From Antedon mediterranea (Eukaryota > Animalia > Echinodermata), in assembly GCF_964355755.1 (NCBI RefSeq), contig NC_092676.1, positions 18,742,871 to 18,806,870 on the forward strand: 64,000 nt of DNA, read 5' to 3'. Below, piece after piece: positions 1-15,100 of this stretch. The stretch's first letter is position 1. The number at the start of each line of letters is the position of its first letter. Under the pieces are notes generated by a model. That model had not been told where the DNA came from. It searched no databases and worked only from the letters and a program-made list of their open reading frames with translations. The position numbers and the translations under genes are program-made.

Positions 1-12
1 GTATTCTTACAG

Positions 13-161
13 CAGATAATGATGAGATCGGTACGCCGGAAGAACAAGCGCAACAAATTAATCGGAATTTAAAAGATAAGGTGGCACATTTGCAGGAAAA
101 ATGGAATCAATTGTTAAATCGATCAGATAGCTGGCAGAAAAGAGTTGATGATGTTTTAACG
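13..161 (+). CDS. DMD: Dystrophin exon (5' half of the human exon 59 equivalent; spectrin repeat)
   Basis: [49 protein letters not shown]; NAGNAG acceptor CAGCAG (start 13 or 16); donor G|GTAAGT. Confidence 0.88.
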
Positions 162-3100
162 GTAAGTTTTTACAATGATATTTAATTTGTAATCATAAAT
201 TTGAATTTTGTCATAAACTATAGTGTGATTGGAAAAAGGCACAACCTGCTCACCCTAAATTTGACCCAATTTAATATGTTCAAGGTTGCTGAGGGTGAAA
301 GTTCAGTACAGTGCTTGTTACACATGTAAAGTAGATTTATTTTGTAATATCTCTTAATCATTATTTTGATGTATTCTATATAGAAAATGCTAGGTTTCCA
401 TCAAACAATGGATGACCTAAATGCCCGACTCCATGATGCGGAATTAACAAAATCACGATGGCCTGCTGTTAGAGAATTAAGAACAGAGAATATCAGCCAA
501 CATTTAGATGAAGCCAAAGTAAGCATATTGACTGACCTGGTTTAGGGAAAAAACATAAAAATTGTGTACAGCCAACTACGCCTAACATGTTTATATTCAA
601 GACCCATTTTAACATTCCTTTTCATTGGAAGAGAATGGCAAAATGTGAAATCTGTTCCAGTCAACTTTCCCAAATTAGGACACTGTTGGATTCATATGAA
701 AACAGGCTTATCCATAATTTTTTCAGGAATATCTTGTGGGACTTTTTGTACCATAATATTAGGACGACGATTCTGTGGAAGAGTTTCAATTATTACAATT
801 TATGGAATATTTGAATTGGTATTTTCTTGATAATATTTCATAGATTCTTTTAATGACAATTCTTTGGTATTTGTGTTTTTAGATTCAAAATTAAAACAAA
901 GAAATTAAATACATAAATGAATATCTTAATTCTTTAAAACATCAATAACAAATATGTATTCTATCAAGTTCATCACGTTCTTCTGAGCTTTTATTAAGTG
1001 AACTCATTTACATTTGATCAAATAAAACGAATTTGATAGTCTGTCAATCTGTCAATGAAATGATAGATAATAGCATTTACATGTACTACATTAACTACAG
1101 TAATATTTCCCAATGTCAGTACATAACCTTGAGAAAAAACACAATTTGCCTCTTTCAAAGAATATTGCATGGATGTTTTGTTCTTGGCTGAGGTAGGAGG
1201 GTTACCCCCTTTAAACTCTTAGACCCAACCTAATTTTAACACACCACCCCTCCATAACCATCTCAAAACTTCTCTAGCGACATCCCTGCTATCAATATAC
1301 TACAGCTAAAATAATTATTTTTCATTGTTTTAAAAATTCATATACTGTGAATATTATTTCATTTCTCTTGCAAATCCATATCATATCATAGTACAGTTAA
1401 TCCAATTTTTCTTCTCATAATATAACGTATACCCCTGTGAATAAATACCTTTTAGTTTTTAAAACAATTTCATCTAGTAGATAATTGCCTATTATGAGGT
1501 TATCATTGTTTATCAAACCAGAGATGAGCACAATTTATAAATTAAGCCTTGTTAAAATATATAACCAGTGACATGACCTCCATAGGGAATGATAGAAAAA
1601 TGTATCCATTTAAAAGTTGATCTTTGACATTGCATATTATTATTTAATTGCATTAGTGTATGAGTGAATGAATTAATCTGTTTTAAATTATTGGTTTATA
1701 ATAGGTTGTTCTCTGTATAATAAATTAATTTGTCGCGAGCTATAATTGGGTTTTTAGGTCACTAAAATATAACTGGTTATTACATAAGAGATGCTTCCGA
1801 AAGATGCTTCAAGATATGTAATAAGTGAACTCAAATATCACACAGCAAATAATCATAAGGTATTTTGGTTTTTTTTCTCCATCAGAAATTTCAAGAAAAA
1901 ATAGTTACAATTCAGAAAAACGTTGACCACATGAACAGGGTATCTCAGCAATTTTCACCACTTGGTGTTACGTTAAGTATGTCCAATTCAAGTCGAATGG
2001 ATGACCTTATTACGAGGTGGAAACATTTACAAATCACAGTAGACGACAGAATAAAACAGCTTCAAGAAGCCTACAGGGACTTGGGGCCTACTTCACAACA
2101 TTTTTTAAAAGGTTTGTATGAAAGATTTAATTAATTCCATTTACTTCCAACTTTACAACATACCAACTTATTGAAAGAAAATTATAGAATCCTTAGGACT
2201 CATTAGGATATCGATCTTTGGGAAACCCACAGACTTGGTGGAAACCCACAGACTTGGGGAAGGCCCACAGACTTGGGGAAGGCCCACAGACTTGGGGAAA
2301 CCCACATACTTGGGGAAACCCACATACTTGGGGAAACCCACAGACTTGGGAAACCCACATACTAAGGGAAACCCACATACTTGGAGAAACCCACATACTT
2401 GGAGAAACCCACATACTTGGAGAAGCCCACAGACTTGAGGAAAATTATAGACTTTAGGAAAACCCACATACTTTAGGAATATCTAGACTTGTGGAGACCC
2501 ACAGACTTTAGGAATATCTAGACTTGTGGAGACCCACAGACTTTGGGAAACCCACAGACTTTAGGAAACCCACAAACTATAATTTTGCCATCTTAATTGG
2601 GTTTTAATAAATTTAACAAGGAATGAATATAAACCACTTCAGTAGATTTTATCTAATAATTATTATATTATAAGTTAGAAAAGAACAAGAAATACTTCTC
2701 ATTTACAACAAACATTAGTATTGTAAACCTCACTCGGGCTGCATCATACAGTACCTTGTTGAATGTAGCCAGGCTTCTCGTGCATTAACCATTCTCTTAG
2801 TGTTCTGTGCTATCTTGCATATTTTAAATCACAATTGTATAAATTTAACTTTGAAGTTTGACAAAACATGCATTGAATTTTTAAAGAGTTATTGTAATTC
2901 AGATCAGAAAATAAAATCAACTTTAAAAATTTACTCACTTAAAATTATTTTATACAAATTGTTGTTTTTGTAGTATCGGTTGAACCGCCGTGGGAAAGAG
3001 CAACATCTTCAAACAAAGTTCCATATTTTATCAAGTAAGTTGATCATGTTTATCAGAAACTTTTTAAACTAAAATATCTATATCTACAACATTATCTATC

Positions 3101-6100
3101 TCTTAATCTTTCTTATCTATTTATTCTAACTGTTATAAACACTTTAAAAGTGGATCACTGCATACATACATACAGCAAAACATAATAAGGTATTAAAACA
3201 CCTTCTAAAGAATACATGGCAGAATAGGAGAGAAATAAGAAAATGATATAGTTTTTTTTTTGTCAATTAGAACTTGCTTGTGCTAAATTATGAATTAGAT
3301 TGTTATTTTCTGCATTAAAACAATAACAAGAATTCAACAAAATATTTTGTAAAATTTATTTTTATAGTCATACAACAGAAACAACCGACTGGGACCATCC
3401 TGAAATGACTAAATTATTTAAATCAATGGGTGATTTAAATGACGTCAGATTCTCAGCGTACAGAACAGCAATGAAATTAAGAAGATTACAAAAAACATTA
3501 TGTTGTAAGTTATGAAATTGCTCAATATAGATGAATAAATTATTTGTGATAAGAAGTAAAAATACCTTTGAAAATAGTTCAAAATATCACTGTATGCTGT
3601 ACAGGTGGTATGCAAATGAGATGTACTACTAGAAAGCTGAGAATTCTATTTTACATTTAAATGGTGATTTTCACCTTAGAAATTCCACCTGTACATTGAT
3701 GTGTAGAACTCTATAAATAGAAATACTATAATAAATTAAGCACTAAGAAACTAAGCGAAGTACTTAAAAAAATGACTTGGCCGATATTGAAAATAAAGAT
3801 GGCTTGTCACCAATATGTCACTTTTCCTGAATTCAATAAGCATGGCATGTTGGTATATTTGGAAAAAGAATTAGGACGATAACTTGAAACTTGTGGATGT
3901 ATTGTTCCAACAAACTGGTGGTATCTATTGAAAGTGATGTTTGAGTGTGCTGTCAGAGGCCAATATATATATGTAATAATGACTTGTAATACTCTACAAT
4001 TACAATTTCAATCTCATTTCTTTTTCTAGTGGACCTTCTCAATTTAAACATGGCAGACAGTATGTTCCAACAACATTCTGTTGGAAATGACATCGATAGG
4101 TTAATGGATGTTACAGAGATGATCAACTGTTTAGCGGCAATCTACGAACAATTAGCAACAGATAATCCCACCCTTGTCAACCTCCATGTTGGAGTCGATC
4201 TGTGTCTTAATTGGTTACTCAATGTTTTTGATACGTAAGTTGAATATACCACAGATCTTACAGGGCCGTAGCCACTAGTACGATTGGTAAGGTTTCAACC
4301 TGACTACTTTTTAACAGATGCCTTTGGACAATCCAGTGGCTTGAACAGAGATTGTTTCCTTTTCTTGCGTCAACAGCACCACTTTGTTTCTTGTGACTAC
4401 ATCATTGACTTACTGCTCATAATAGAAATCTTTCAATTTAGAACCTGCAGATATTGTGAATCCGCTAAAACTTTTAGGGAATTTATTTCAGGAAGCATGT
4501 CCCTAGGTCCTAGATTGTCATAAATGGTAAACTTCTTATTTTGACATATAAAGTATTGTCTATAAATTTGAGTACTAATTGTCGTGAAACCAGATTGAAG
4601 ATTTTGACATCAGCTTCCTTTTCAGATCTTAATAAGAATCCAAACCAATTGAAGTCCTAATAGTTTCATAATATCCAAAAACGACAGCAAATATATTTTT
4701 GTTTTCTTTTTACAGTGTGCGAAGTGGTAAAATCAGAGTGTTGTCTTTCAAACTAGGAATTGTTATGTTATGCAAAGCTCATCTTGAAGATAAGTACAGA
4801 TGTAAGTCTATAAGAGAAATGTTTGATCGCACTCTTAACGTTTGTCCTGTAGTCTCAACATTTGTCCTGCACCTTCCATGTTTGTGCTTCCTGCACTCTT
4901 CGCAGTTGTCCTATAGTCATGGTTGTCCCGCAGTCTCAATGGTTGTCCTGCACTTTCCACGGTTGCCCTGCAATCTTTACGGTTGTCCTGAACTCTCCAT
5001 GGTTATCTCGCATTCTTCATATTTGTCCTGCACTCTCTCTGGTTGTCCTATACTTTTCACAGTTGTCTTACTGACTTAACGGTTGTCCTGCACTCTCCAT
5101 AGTTGTCCTGCACCTTCCACGTTTCTCTGTACTCTCCACAGTTGTCCTATAGTCACCACAGTAGTCCTATAGTCACCACGGTTGTCCTGTATTTTAAAAT
5201 AAAGCTACCAAAATTGATTAAGATATAGACCTTAAATGTTTTTGTATATTATCTTAACAGATGTGTTTCGAACAATAGCTCACCAAGATGGGTTTGTGGA
5301 TAAGCGTCGGTTGGGTTTGTTTTTCCATGATTCTATACAAATACCACGGCAACTTGGAGAGGTGGCAGCTTTCGGTGGTAGCAATATTGAACCAAGTGTC
5401 CGAAGTTGTTTCAATATGGTGAGATAAATCTTAGATATTTTCCAAAAAGTTTTAGAGTATTTTAAGTTTCTAGAACATTCTTTGGTGGTTTTAAAGTACT
5501 CTTATTCTAAACTTAGTAATGATTACCATACTAGTGATAGGTATGTATGTATTTTTTATTTTAGAACCATTTCTTACATTAGTATATGGTTAAACTGGCT
5601 AATCTTCAAACTGTTTTGAGAATACTCAAAGGCAGGAATAGGTAAATTACTAACAGTTACCAATTTGACACCACAAACCATAAACTAAAATAGATTTAAC
5701 AAACCAAAATAACTTATATTTGTTTAGGCTAACAACAAAGATAGCATAGAGGCAGCTCATTTCTTAGACTGGATGAAGAGAGAGCCACAGTCCATGGTCT
5801 GGGTTCCGGTGCTTCACCGCCTTGCTGCTGCAGAAACAGCCAAACATCAATCCAAGTGCAATATATGTAAATCATGTCCAATCGTTGGCTTCCGTTATCG
5901 ATGTCTCAAGTGCTTCAACTTTGACCTATGCCAAGTGAGTTATATGGCAATGTTGTGTTATTGTTGCTGATTGAACCATTATTATTGAATAATTAATTTA
6001 TACGTATTTTGATCAGATTAAAAAGTTTAATTTTCAACTTTTTAAATATAGAATTGTTTCTTTGCTGGAAGAAAAGCCAAAAACCACAAACTCTCCCATC

Positions 6101-9100
6101 CGATGCGGGAATACTGCACTCCAGTAAGTATTACTAGATATATCCTGTTTAACACACCTAAATTATCCTTACTATTCAATTTCACATGCCATGCTTTTTT
6201 TTCACATTTAATTGTTGTGAGTACTATTACACTGCCTGCGCACATATATTATGTATAATAGTATTAATATTTGTATATCATTGTCATCAATATTGTCCCT
6301 ATTGTTGGCATCATATGGTCATCTCCAACGTAATTGTTATTATTGTTTTCATCAATATGTTATTTTATTTTATCTTCTTCAGTAACTAAAACCTATACAT
6401 AATATTTTATTATTTTTTATTCATTCATTCATTCACTTCTTTTATTTCTGATAGTACATCCACATACTAAACAAAAAGAGAAACAATTTCACCAGGAAAT
6501 TAACAATAGCATCTTCCACAAAAGAACCTAAAATTTCAGCCAGCATTCAACATTATTGAATGTTGTTACTGATTTTATTGAATTGAACAAATTTATATGT
6601 TTTTATGTCTATTTTACCTTCTTTAACTCCCATTAATGTTTTACACCATGTGATAATTATTTATCAGATACCTGTAATTAAATGTGTCATTTCAAACATT
6701 TCTATTGCTTTTGGTACTGATTTTTTATTGAATTAAATAAAAATGCCTGAAATGTTACATCCCATTTAGTGCCTCTATAAAGATTATTTTAAAAAGCATT
6801 GGTTATAAATGCAATGTGAGTGACTCATTATTACGACATCATAACTATTTAATACACTCATGACTAAAAGTCATGAGTCACTCTCACAAACAGACAAACT
6901 TTCCATAGCCTCGGCTTTACTTATCTTCCAAAGTTCCATATTTCAAAGTCATAGCAACAGTAATTTATCATCTCAAATATCTGGCGGCTGATTATGGCTA
7001 CTATGAACAGTTTATTTATTTGAAGTATTTTTCTCTTAAAATTCCATCCATTTAGACTACCTCGGGCGAGGATGTCAAAGATTTTGCAAAAGTAATGCGT
7101 AACAAATTTAAATCAAAACACTACCATCAGAAGCATCCACGTCTTGGTTATCTACCCGTTATGACAGTACTAGAAGGTGATGATCTTGAATCGTAAGTAG
7201 AACGTTTTTTTACTTTACTAACTAGTTACTTATTTCTTCATTTAAATTTGATTCTTTAACTTTTTTAGGCGTATTGCAGAGGATTACTATACAAGTGTCT
7301 TTTCCAATGTGTTGTAACTTATTCATGAATAGAAAAGATGCTCTACATTCTCAAAGTGTTCAGAAGTATTTTAGAGTTATTACCTGCCACAAGTTACTGT
7401 AGATTAGAACCAAGAACTTTACTCTCCCTGAAATAACTTTATAATGACCCAGCGTAAGAATCTGTCAGTGTATCCTTGGTGGTTGTCTTTTTCAATACCC
7501 CACTATGAAGTCTTGAGATCATGGGATAGTGGCCTTATTGAATCTATCACTAGTGGCCTCTTGTTTAATCGTTTTTAAAAGTAATGAATACAAATAAGTA
7601 TTTATTTTAGATACAAATTAGCTGGGAATTCTTGTTTCTTCAAGGTCTCTTAACTTTCGATACACAGACGACTGAATTATGTTGATTTTGTATATTTGTT
7701 CAAATTGGTTGTGTGATTTTGGAATTTGCTTCATATTTTTCGTCTAATACATTTAAAATTAGATTTTCAACGATCCATACTTGATTTAAGGTATTTAGAA
7801 CTGTTCATATTTGTTACTATCATTAATGTGTGAAATCAAAAATTGAGCGACAAGCATGTAAAATTGACTACAGTAAATACATCAAAATTGCAAGTTGTTC
7901 TCTAGTCTGTCGAACCTACAACACTGACCTGAAAAAATTCCACTAGTCCAAATAAAAGATTCTGAGAATGGTTAATGTTGTGTACTGAAAGTAAATAAAT
8001 AGATGGAATAAATAGTGGAGGTGTAGCTTGGTGGTTAACGTGGTTGCCTTCCGATCCCAAGGTCATGGTTCAATCTGGACATAGTGCTATGGTTGTATCT
8101 CACGACTCTTTCAACTCCACTCCCTAAGCCTCAAATGAGACTTCGTTTATAAATTATTAAATATTAATATTATTAATTCTATAATTGCAAAGTTACTCGT
8201 TGTTGGATGCGTATAAAAAAAAGGAAAGAATACGAGTGATAATCTTTAAAATATATTGATAATTGACTCAGCCGTGGACCTTTGAAAGCAGGTTAAATGT
8301 CACAACCTGTATTGGTATTAACTTTTGTTAATAAGAGCAACCTTGCTATGAATGTCATTAAGTATTGAAGTTAATACCCAGATTTTATTTCATTTACTAT
8401 TCACCATTCATAGTTTGTAATACAAGTATGGCATTATAAGTAATTTAAAAACTACTTATCACAGTGATTTGTACATCGTTTGCATGTATTTTCTGAAGTA
8501 TGACTTATACGCATCTTTAAAACTTGCTATCATCATGTTATATTTACTCGTTTATAAGTTATGGTCTCGGAGTGACTGATGTGTCTACGTGCTAGGCTGC
8601 CTTTTTATGGCTTCATTTTTTATATCAAAATATTTGAATCAAATCAATACTCTGCATTCATCTTTAAGCTTTAAAACGAATATTTGCTAATTTCTAAAAT
8701 TCCATAGCTCAAACGTTTAAGTAATGAAATTTAACTGATTTGAAATGTCTCATATTTGAAGAATAATTTTTAAAATATATTTATATTAACAGAAAGCTAA
8801 ATTAATTTAGATTAAATTTTTAGTACAATTTAAGTGATAAGTTGTAATATCAATAAAATAATATTACTGTATTCAGTACAAAAATCCTTTTAAAGCTGTG
8901 TCCAATCTTGTATAGAGATCACAATTGGTGTTTTAGAACACAAGTTTGCATACTTCTAATTTTCAAATTCCTGTCTCAAACAATGTTTACTTCACTTTCA
9001 CTTAGACATGATTAACACATTGAAATGAAATACAGTTGTCATACATAGTTGCCTATTAGGAAAGGTTATCTCGTCTAGTGTGTACGTAACATTGCAATTT

Positions 9101-12100
9101 ACTATTTCCACTGACAATTATAGCCATTTACGCTTGCGATATCGGCTGTTCATTTTCATACCAATTAGATGTAAATTGCCAAGAGAAATTGCCCGCAAAC
9201 AGTATTCGTGTTGGGTGTAATGCCTTAACGATTTAAAAAGCATTGCATGGTTAAATTTCGAAGTGAAACGAGGTTAGAGTAAAGTGAATCAAATTGTGAG
9301 TTAGCCTAGCAGTAAATTAATTATACTGTAGATCAGGTGTTTATAAATGATGACATGTAGGTAATGAAGTTAACTCAAATATACATGCTGACATTTAATT
9401 TTAAATCCCTTAGCAAGAAGTCAAAATGTTCTGATTAATTTTGAATTTACAGGTTTCTAAATTCTATTAAATCTGAATTTTTGTTTGATTTCGAATTATC
9501 TTTCATAAATTCAAATAATTTTTTTTTTTCGACGCTCAAACTTAATAGAAATGCAGTCAATGTACATATGTTACTGTACAGTATTTGAAATCTATTTTTT
9601 TTCAAAGTAGAACCCTTCTTTTGGACACGTCTCTAATAAGGTGATACTTTTCTATGGAACGAACGGAGAAATAATGTTTTGTAAAGGTTTGCATGGTGAA
9701 TAAAACTAGTAAAGTTAGGATAGGCAGTACATCATGTATTTTCAAAAGGAAAACAAGTTAGTTTTACCGCAAATCTAAATTGACCAATACAGATTATGTT
9801 TAACACTACAGTATATGGCTATACACCTTGGTGTTTTTTTGTTGTCTCTCATTATACAGCAAAAACAGGCTCATTTCAAATATAATACAAAAATGTACTA
9901 GATGCATAAAACTCTCTTGACAATTGCGGTTGATGTCAATGTTTGATTTTCAAACTGTCTTCAACATTAATTGCAATCTTCGATTGATGACTCTAAAACT
10001 TTCAGAAACGTATTGTAAATATTTTGTTTTGCTAGCAGCTTGGGAATTTCTGAATTAGGTCATTAGGTGACGGATCAAATATATTTGATTCTCAGCCTTT
10101 CCTTTATCATTTACAGTCTCTGATTATTAAATCGGTTGCACCACTTTTGTTGAGTGGACAAAACTATTTAGAAGAAGTTCAGTTTGTGTAGGGTTAGGTT
10201 GGCAGCAGACTTCGGATAAATCCTGACATTCAAGTAGAGTTTTTAAGCAGTGTAGTATTGTTAATTTAAAGTTAAATTGAGATAATATTGCATCCAATTG
10301 TAGTAAAGCAATTGAAAGATGTCATCTAAATTTAGAGTGGGATATTAAAAATAGGTTTTTCATGATTTCTAAAAGTATAATTAGTAAGAGAGACACAGTC
10401 GACACATTTGAGACACACACAGTGTGTGTATATAAATACTAGCACTACGTTGCAGATTTTTACTTCACAACTGAAGTATTTATTGTATTCAGTCAGAGTA
10501 GTTGTACTGAAGTGTCTTCAATTTGCCCGTATTTACCAACAATTGTGTTAGTTCGAATCATGTAAATTTGAAATTTGTAAAACTATTGATTGCATTTTAC
10601 TAATTGAGATCGTCCCATTTAGTAGTCATGGAAACCGGTATTTACATTTGAACGCGATAGAGTAAACATGTCGCGACAATCAGAAATAACTTGATTGTTG
10701 TTTGGAGCGCTGTCTGACGAATACGCTTGTCCAACTGTTTTGATAGGTGATTGATCATTCAGTGAATATTTATATTTAATTACATATCGTCAAAATGCTA
10801 ATTCAATGTGACATTCCATCGTACATTTGCATTAGCTATGAATAGAACTCATGATTTGCGAGAAATATAAAGTACAATTTTAAGTGGAGTGTTTGGTTTC
10901 TAATTTTTGTTTACCATGTTAATTTGCATAATATTTGCATATTTGATTAACTATCAATGTGACATTCCATTGTTCATTTGCATTCGCGATGAATAAAACT
11001 CATGATTTGCGAGAAATATAAAGTACTGTACAACTTTAAGTGGAGTCTTTGGTTCCTGATTTGTTTACAGAACTGTATCTACAGGTTAATTTGCATATAT
11101 TTGCATATTTGTTTAACTATTTATAAATGCAAATATGGGACACATTATATATTATATGACTATTTTACAGTTATTTTTTATAAAGTTTGGATTTCAATTC
11201 TTTTAAAAATGAAAGATTTGGTTTATACTAAAATTACAATATTTTATAGAATTTGAATCTATTTCATATTTTCACTTTCAATTTTCATTAAATCATAATA
11301 TAACAATCTGACAGCTAAATATTTATAAAATATTTGTTATAGAATATATCAGTTCATTTTTATGTTTAAATTACATATTGAATTATTACATATATATGGA
11401 TTTGTGATTATAAATTAATTTTTTTATGAAAAATTCAAAGTGATATTGAGGACAGTAATTCTTGCACAATCAATTTTGTTTCTTGATTTCAATATTGGTT
11501 ATAAATTCAACAAACATGTTTTAGTTGCCAATACCATATAATATTATAGTTACATAATATTTGCCGAAAAAAGTGTACAGTACTATATTTAATGTCATTT
11601 TGATTTTTCTCAAAATAAATATACTAGATGTCCCAATACTTTTTTTTGGTACTTTATCAAACATTTTCAAATATTTTCAGGCCTGAAATTCACCGTAGCA
11701 AACTAGCAATTTGCTAGTACATTTTTCATAACTGGTAGTTGAAAATTTAAAAACTAACAAATGTTTGTTGTAACTTTTAAAAGAATAGTTAATCTGCCAA
11801 TCTTTGTAATTTCAACTTAATTATTAGCAAAAAAAAATTGGGTTGCTCATTTTTGTACCTTGGATGAAAAAGTAAATTTCTAGATGTAATTGAGTTGCTG
11901 TTGAATGTATTTGACACAAAATTTAATAACCTTATTTTCAATATTCCTTCCTTTTTGGTCAAGGATAATGTCTCTGATGATGTTAACATTATGAGAGACA
12001 ACCTATCATTACTGTCATTTTAAAATTTACTGTCAACGGAAATTACTACAAACCAAATTTATTTCCTGTCTAAAACCTCCCTGTTAGTGTAGTCAGTGTA

Positions 12101-15100
12101 TTGAACAATTAGTGGTGACATTATTGTAACAGTAGTCAGACGACGGCAGTAAGTAAACACTAATACCTTGCAATGTATATTTATGATTTGCATAGGCCTG
12201 CAGCTTCACCGCAGTTGATGGCCAATCAGGATATGCACACCAGGTTAGAGTTGTACGCCAGTCGCTTGGCTGAAGTGGAGCAGTGTTCTCCTATACACAC
12301 TTTACCACAATTGTAAGTAATTAATATGGCATTTACGTATTAATAATAATAACAATGGTATTCTTATTAATACAATGTTTCTAAATGCTTTACACACAAA
12401 AATGATTCATTAAATATCCTAATATAACCAAAAAAGAACCAGTAGAGGAACCATTTACACCCCTCTGTTGTCCAGCACTTTGAAGCTTCCATATGACAGA
12501 ACTGAATTCACTGGAGCTCGAGTAAAAAAAAGCTCTGTCTACCATATCCTACCAAAATACGAAATAAAAAGATGTTGCTTAAGATTTTTTGTTTGATATT
12601 TAGTAATTATTATGTAAAAGAAATCCTCTGTATTACCCTGTAACTTTTTATACATATTAATATGTTTTAGGTTTATTTACATTTATATTACTAACCAAAG
12701 GAAAAGCAAAATTATTTGCATACCTTAAAAAAGGTGCATTTTTTTCTAGATTTTTCCAAATATAAATTTGCTTAAAGTGTGTTTGAGTGGGAATATTATT
12801 TTTTAAATTTTGTTTATATTATTTTCTATTTAATATATCTTTAGAATTGTTCACCTGACTATCAATATTAATTATCTTTTCTCAGTCCTAAATCTGGGTG
12901 GCTTGAACGAATAAAGATATACATTGCCCAATCATGAACCCATATCCAAAGACTTATGACCAAGACAATCAGCTATAAATAAAGTCTTCTCAATGCTTTT
13001 GAGATATGAACCTTTATTTTAAGCAATGCAATTATTAGTTTAAGTTAAATTTATTTTCGACTTAATTAATTCTTATCCGTCTAAAAATATCTAATTTAAA
13101 GATCAGTAGTTTATAATTGTTGATTAGAGAAATAACATTTGAACTTTGCAGGGAGGATGAGCATCAGCTTATACATCAATATTGTCAAAGTTTAGGAGGT
13201 GATGCTTCAGCAATGGTAAGTAAAACAAAACAAATGAAAATATTTTTCCCATTCAATATTGATTAGTTATTTTGTGACACCTACTGTTCTTTTATTCAAA
13301 TATAAATAATTGTCTGCTTCTATCAATAAATGTCAAAAAAAGAGTCTTCCAATTTTGACAGTTGAGTAGTTCTAAATGGCACACACTACATAAGCTTTGG
13401 TATCCACTGAGACACCATGCAATGGCGAAGGCACAACTCAAGTGAGTTAACCAATCACAACCTACAGTTCAAATTGACCATCTCACCACCATTGGTCAAA
13501 TTACTTGCACCATGTTTATTGATTCAAGGTTTAAATACACTAACTGCTAGTTATTATGTATCAAGAAACTTTTTTGTTAACTTTTATTTTCTTATCGCAT
13601 AAGATCCTCACTTTTCTTAAAATAATTCTTAAGGTAATTTATCACTCAACCATTCTACACTATTCGCTGATTTCTGTGAGGTTTTAATATTGATTTGTAC
13701 TTTGAGAAATGAGATTTTTGATTGTATACTGGCTCATGTTAAATGTTATATTGATAATTAAACCTTCAATTTCACTGAAAGAAGTTAAATAGGTTAATTG
13801 AAGATATTAGAATACATATTTCATTTCTTTGTCAAAACTAGGCCTAGTTTAACTTTTCATTATGTCCCTTTAGGGTAAAAAAATAAGGATTTATTACCCA
13901 TTTTCAATATAAAACATTTCTTTTTATGTAAAAATTGTTTATCATTTTAATAGAAATTAACCTAGTGTTAATATCTTCAATTTTCATACTGAAAATAAAA
14001 ATGATTGATTCTAGAATAGTATTGCATCTACAATTTTTTTTTTTTGCAAAGTTTTACATCTTGTTTTTCCCAAAATATAATAATTTCTGAAAAAATTTGT
14101 GTCTAGAAAATACATAGATTGAATATATGAGAATACTTGCAAAGAATTATTTCTCAGATAGAATTCAACCACATAATTGCTAGCCTACAATAATTCCTAA
14201 ACTGTTGATATTGAGTTGAGATTTAAGCCCAAAAGTAAGCAAGCGTACGTATACCGAGTATTCAGATATTCATAACAGTGAACATTTTGAAACTATACAT
14301 TATTACAATTTTGCTACACTTTGATCAAAATGGATTGAGAAAAGAAATGAAAATTTGTGTTTCTTACCTTAAATTCAGATTGATGAAAAAGCCCAAATAA
14401 TTTACATCAATCAACCAACTAAAAATCAAACTGATTGACAATATTCACTTAGACTTTCAATTTCTTACAGCCAAGAAGTCCAGCGCAAATTGTTGTTGCA
14501 ATTGATGCGGAACAGAGAACGGAGTTACAAACACAAATTGCAAGTTTAGAAGATGAAAACCGGTAAGTCTAATATATTACAAATTTGAAGTATATTTGAT
14601 ATCATACTAGAACTGAATGCAATATTGAATTACAACATTTATATTCACTTCAATAAGCAAAACAAACACACTTTTTTTAAACATAAAGTATTAAATGCAT
14701 TTCTCTTAAATTGAGTGATACTGAATTATTTATATACACGGATTCGTTGAAATTTTGTAGTTTTATTCATATTAATGCTTGATGAATTTATTGACAAAAT
14801 TACTTATATATGTATGAAGTGGTTTTTCAATGTGATGCTGATTTGAGAAATGGTATTGAGTTACCAAGATAACTCTGATACAGAAGAAGAAAACCTATTT
14901 CGCATAATTATACAACACTATGTACTCATATACTTAAAGATGATATACCGGTTTCTAAAGATTACAAAGTTGTCAATCAAAATGTATAGGATATAGAGAC
15001 ATTCACCTTGCAACTTGTGGAACAACTCTTACATAGTTCTTTAGGTTTTTTTTTTAATTTGCCAAGTATTTGGCAATTATGTTATTATTTACTTTCTTTA

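Noticed and set aside
2168-2467. Overlapping repetitive ORFs and a CRISPR-like look
   Set aside because: Tandem minisatellite without unique spacers, inside a eukaryotic intron; the ORFs are by-products of the repeat.
8017-8095. Possible tRNA genes (also at 28787 and 37820-37885)
   Set aside because: A and B boxes are present but there is no complete cloverleaf or acceptor stem; treated as SINE heads.
10117-10192. Good acceptor followed by a short open frame ([24 protein letters not shown])
   Set aside because: Open only in phase 0; the host intron is phase 2, where a stop follows almost immediately.
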